A DNA stretch of 64,000 bases from Leucoraja ocellata (taxonomy: Eukaryota): the NCBI GenBank assembly GCA_036785375.1, contig JAWMAR010000026.1, positions 8,494,001 to 8,558,000 of the forward strand, read 5' to 3'. The position numbers and the translations under genes are program-made. Shown here one piece after another: positions 63,270-64,000 of this stretch. How positions within the stretch are numbered: the stretch's first letter is position 1; every line of letters starts with the position of its first letter. The notes under the pieces were generated by a model. That model was not told where the DNA came from and made no database searches. It was given only the letters and a program-made list of their open reading frames with translations.

Positions 63270-63955
63270 GGCAAGACGCTTAATGGCACTGATGTACAAA
63301 GTGATCTTAAGTTCCAGGTAAATAGCTCTCAGAAAATGGCAACACAAGCAGATAGAGTGATAAAGAAGGCATATGGTGTGCTTGCTTTCATAAGTTGGGG
63401 GCAATGAGTATAAGACGCAGGAAATCATGATGTACATTTAAAGGACATTGGTTAGGTCACATTTGGAGTATTGTGTGCAGTCTGGTCACCCCATTACAAG
63501 AAAGATGTGAGGCTTTGGAGAGGGTGCAAAAAAGGTTTATCAAATTGCTACCTGGATGAGACGACAATAGCTAGAAGGAAATGTTGAGAAAACTTGGATT
63601 GTTTTTTTGAGAGGCATTATGAGAGCTATGGATACAGTAGTCGGAAACCTTTTCCCACAGTGGAATCATCAAAGACTGGAGGGTATAGCTTTAAGTGTAG
63701 TTGGGCAAAGTTTAAGGGAGATGTGTGGGAAAGGCTTTCTGCACAGAGAGTAGTGGTTGCCAGGGACCAGCTGCCAGGTGTGGTGGTGGAGGCAGATACA
63801 ATTGTGGCATTTCAAGAGGTGTTTAGATAGGCACATGGATGTGTAGGGATGGAGGGATATGGTTCACTTGCAGATTGGTTTAACGGCATCATATTCGGTA
63901 TCTACTTTGTAGCTGAAGGGCTTGTTCCTGTGCTCTATTGTTCTATGTTCTATAT
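63270..63955 (+). mobile_element. CR1 3' fragment
   Basis: catttggagtattgtgtgcagtctggtcacc; ends in tgttctatgttctat tail. Confidence 0.85.
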
Positions 63956-64000
63956 GTTTAAACGTCAGCTCTTGCTTTTCTAAACTCTAAGGACACATAC

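Noticed and set aside
43300-64000. Exons of the expected neighbour OSGIN1 or another gene
   Set aside because: No recognisable coding homology; the ORFs are short and mostly repeat-derived. Small exons could have been missed.

Overview
Eukaryotic, repeat-rich vertebrate DNA. The repeat set (tRNA-head HE1/V-SINE-like SINEs, CR1-type LINEs, Penelope-like elements) points to a cartilaginous fish, probably a skate or ray (inference). Two genes can be assembled by hand from splice sites. (1) The 5' half of NECAB2 on the minus strand: coding exons 1-6 from 43296 down to 10500, with two EF-hands and two microexons of 25 and 26 nt. Its 3' exons (ABM domain) are not recognisable in the window. (2) A compact plus-strand immunoglobulin-superfamily gene at 1319-3531 with leader, V, C1 and a hydrophilic tail (about 279 aa, no transmembrane segment), left of a 200-N gap. 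The most notable non-genic signal is a family of short Penelope-derived insertions. Several are fold-back palindromes, several have 11-17 bp target-site duplications, and most carry a minimal type-I hammerhead ribozyme motif (intact or degenerate). A young Penelope GIY-YIG ORF with the same ribozyme lies at 33545-34555. Also present: a three-level nested insertion, hAT-, Tigger- and Harbinger-like MITEs, an RTE-X-like LINE, two minisatellites, a 71-bp near-perfect palindrome and three N gaps. Almost all ORFs in the supplied track are repeat-derived or spurious. Repeat boundaries are approximate unless a TSD is given.
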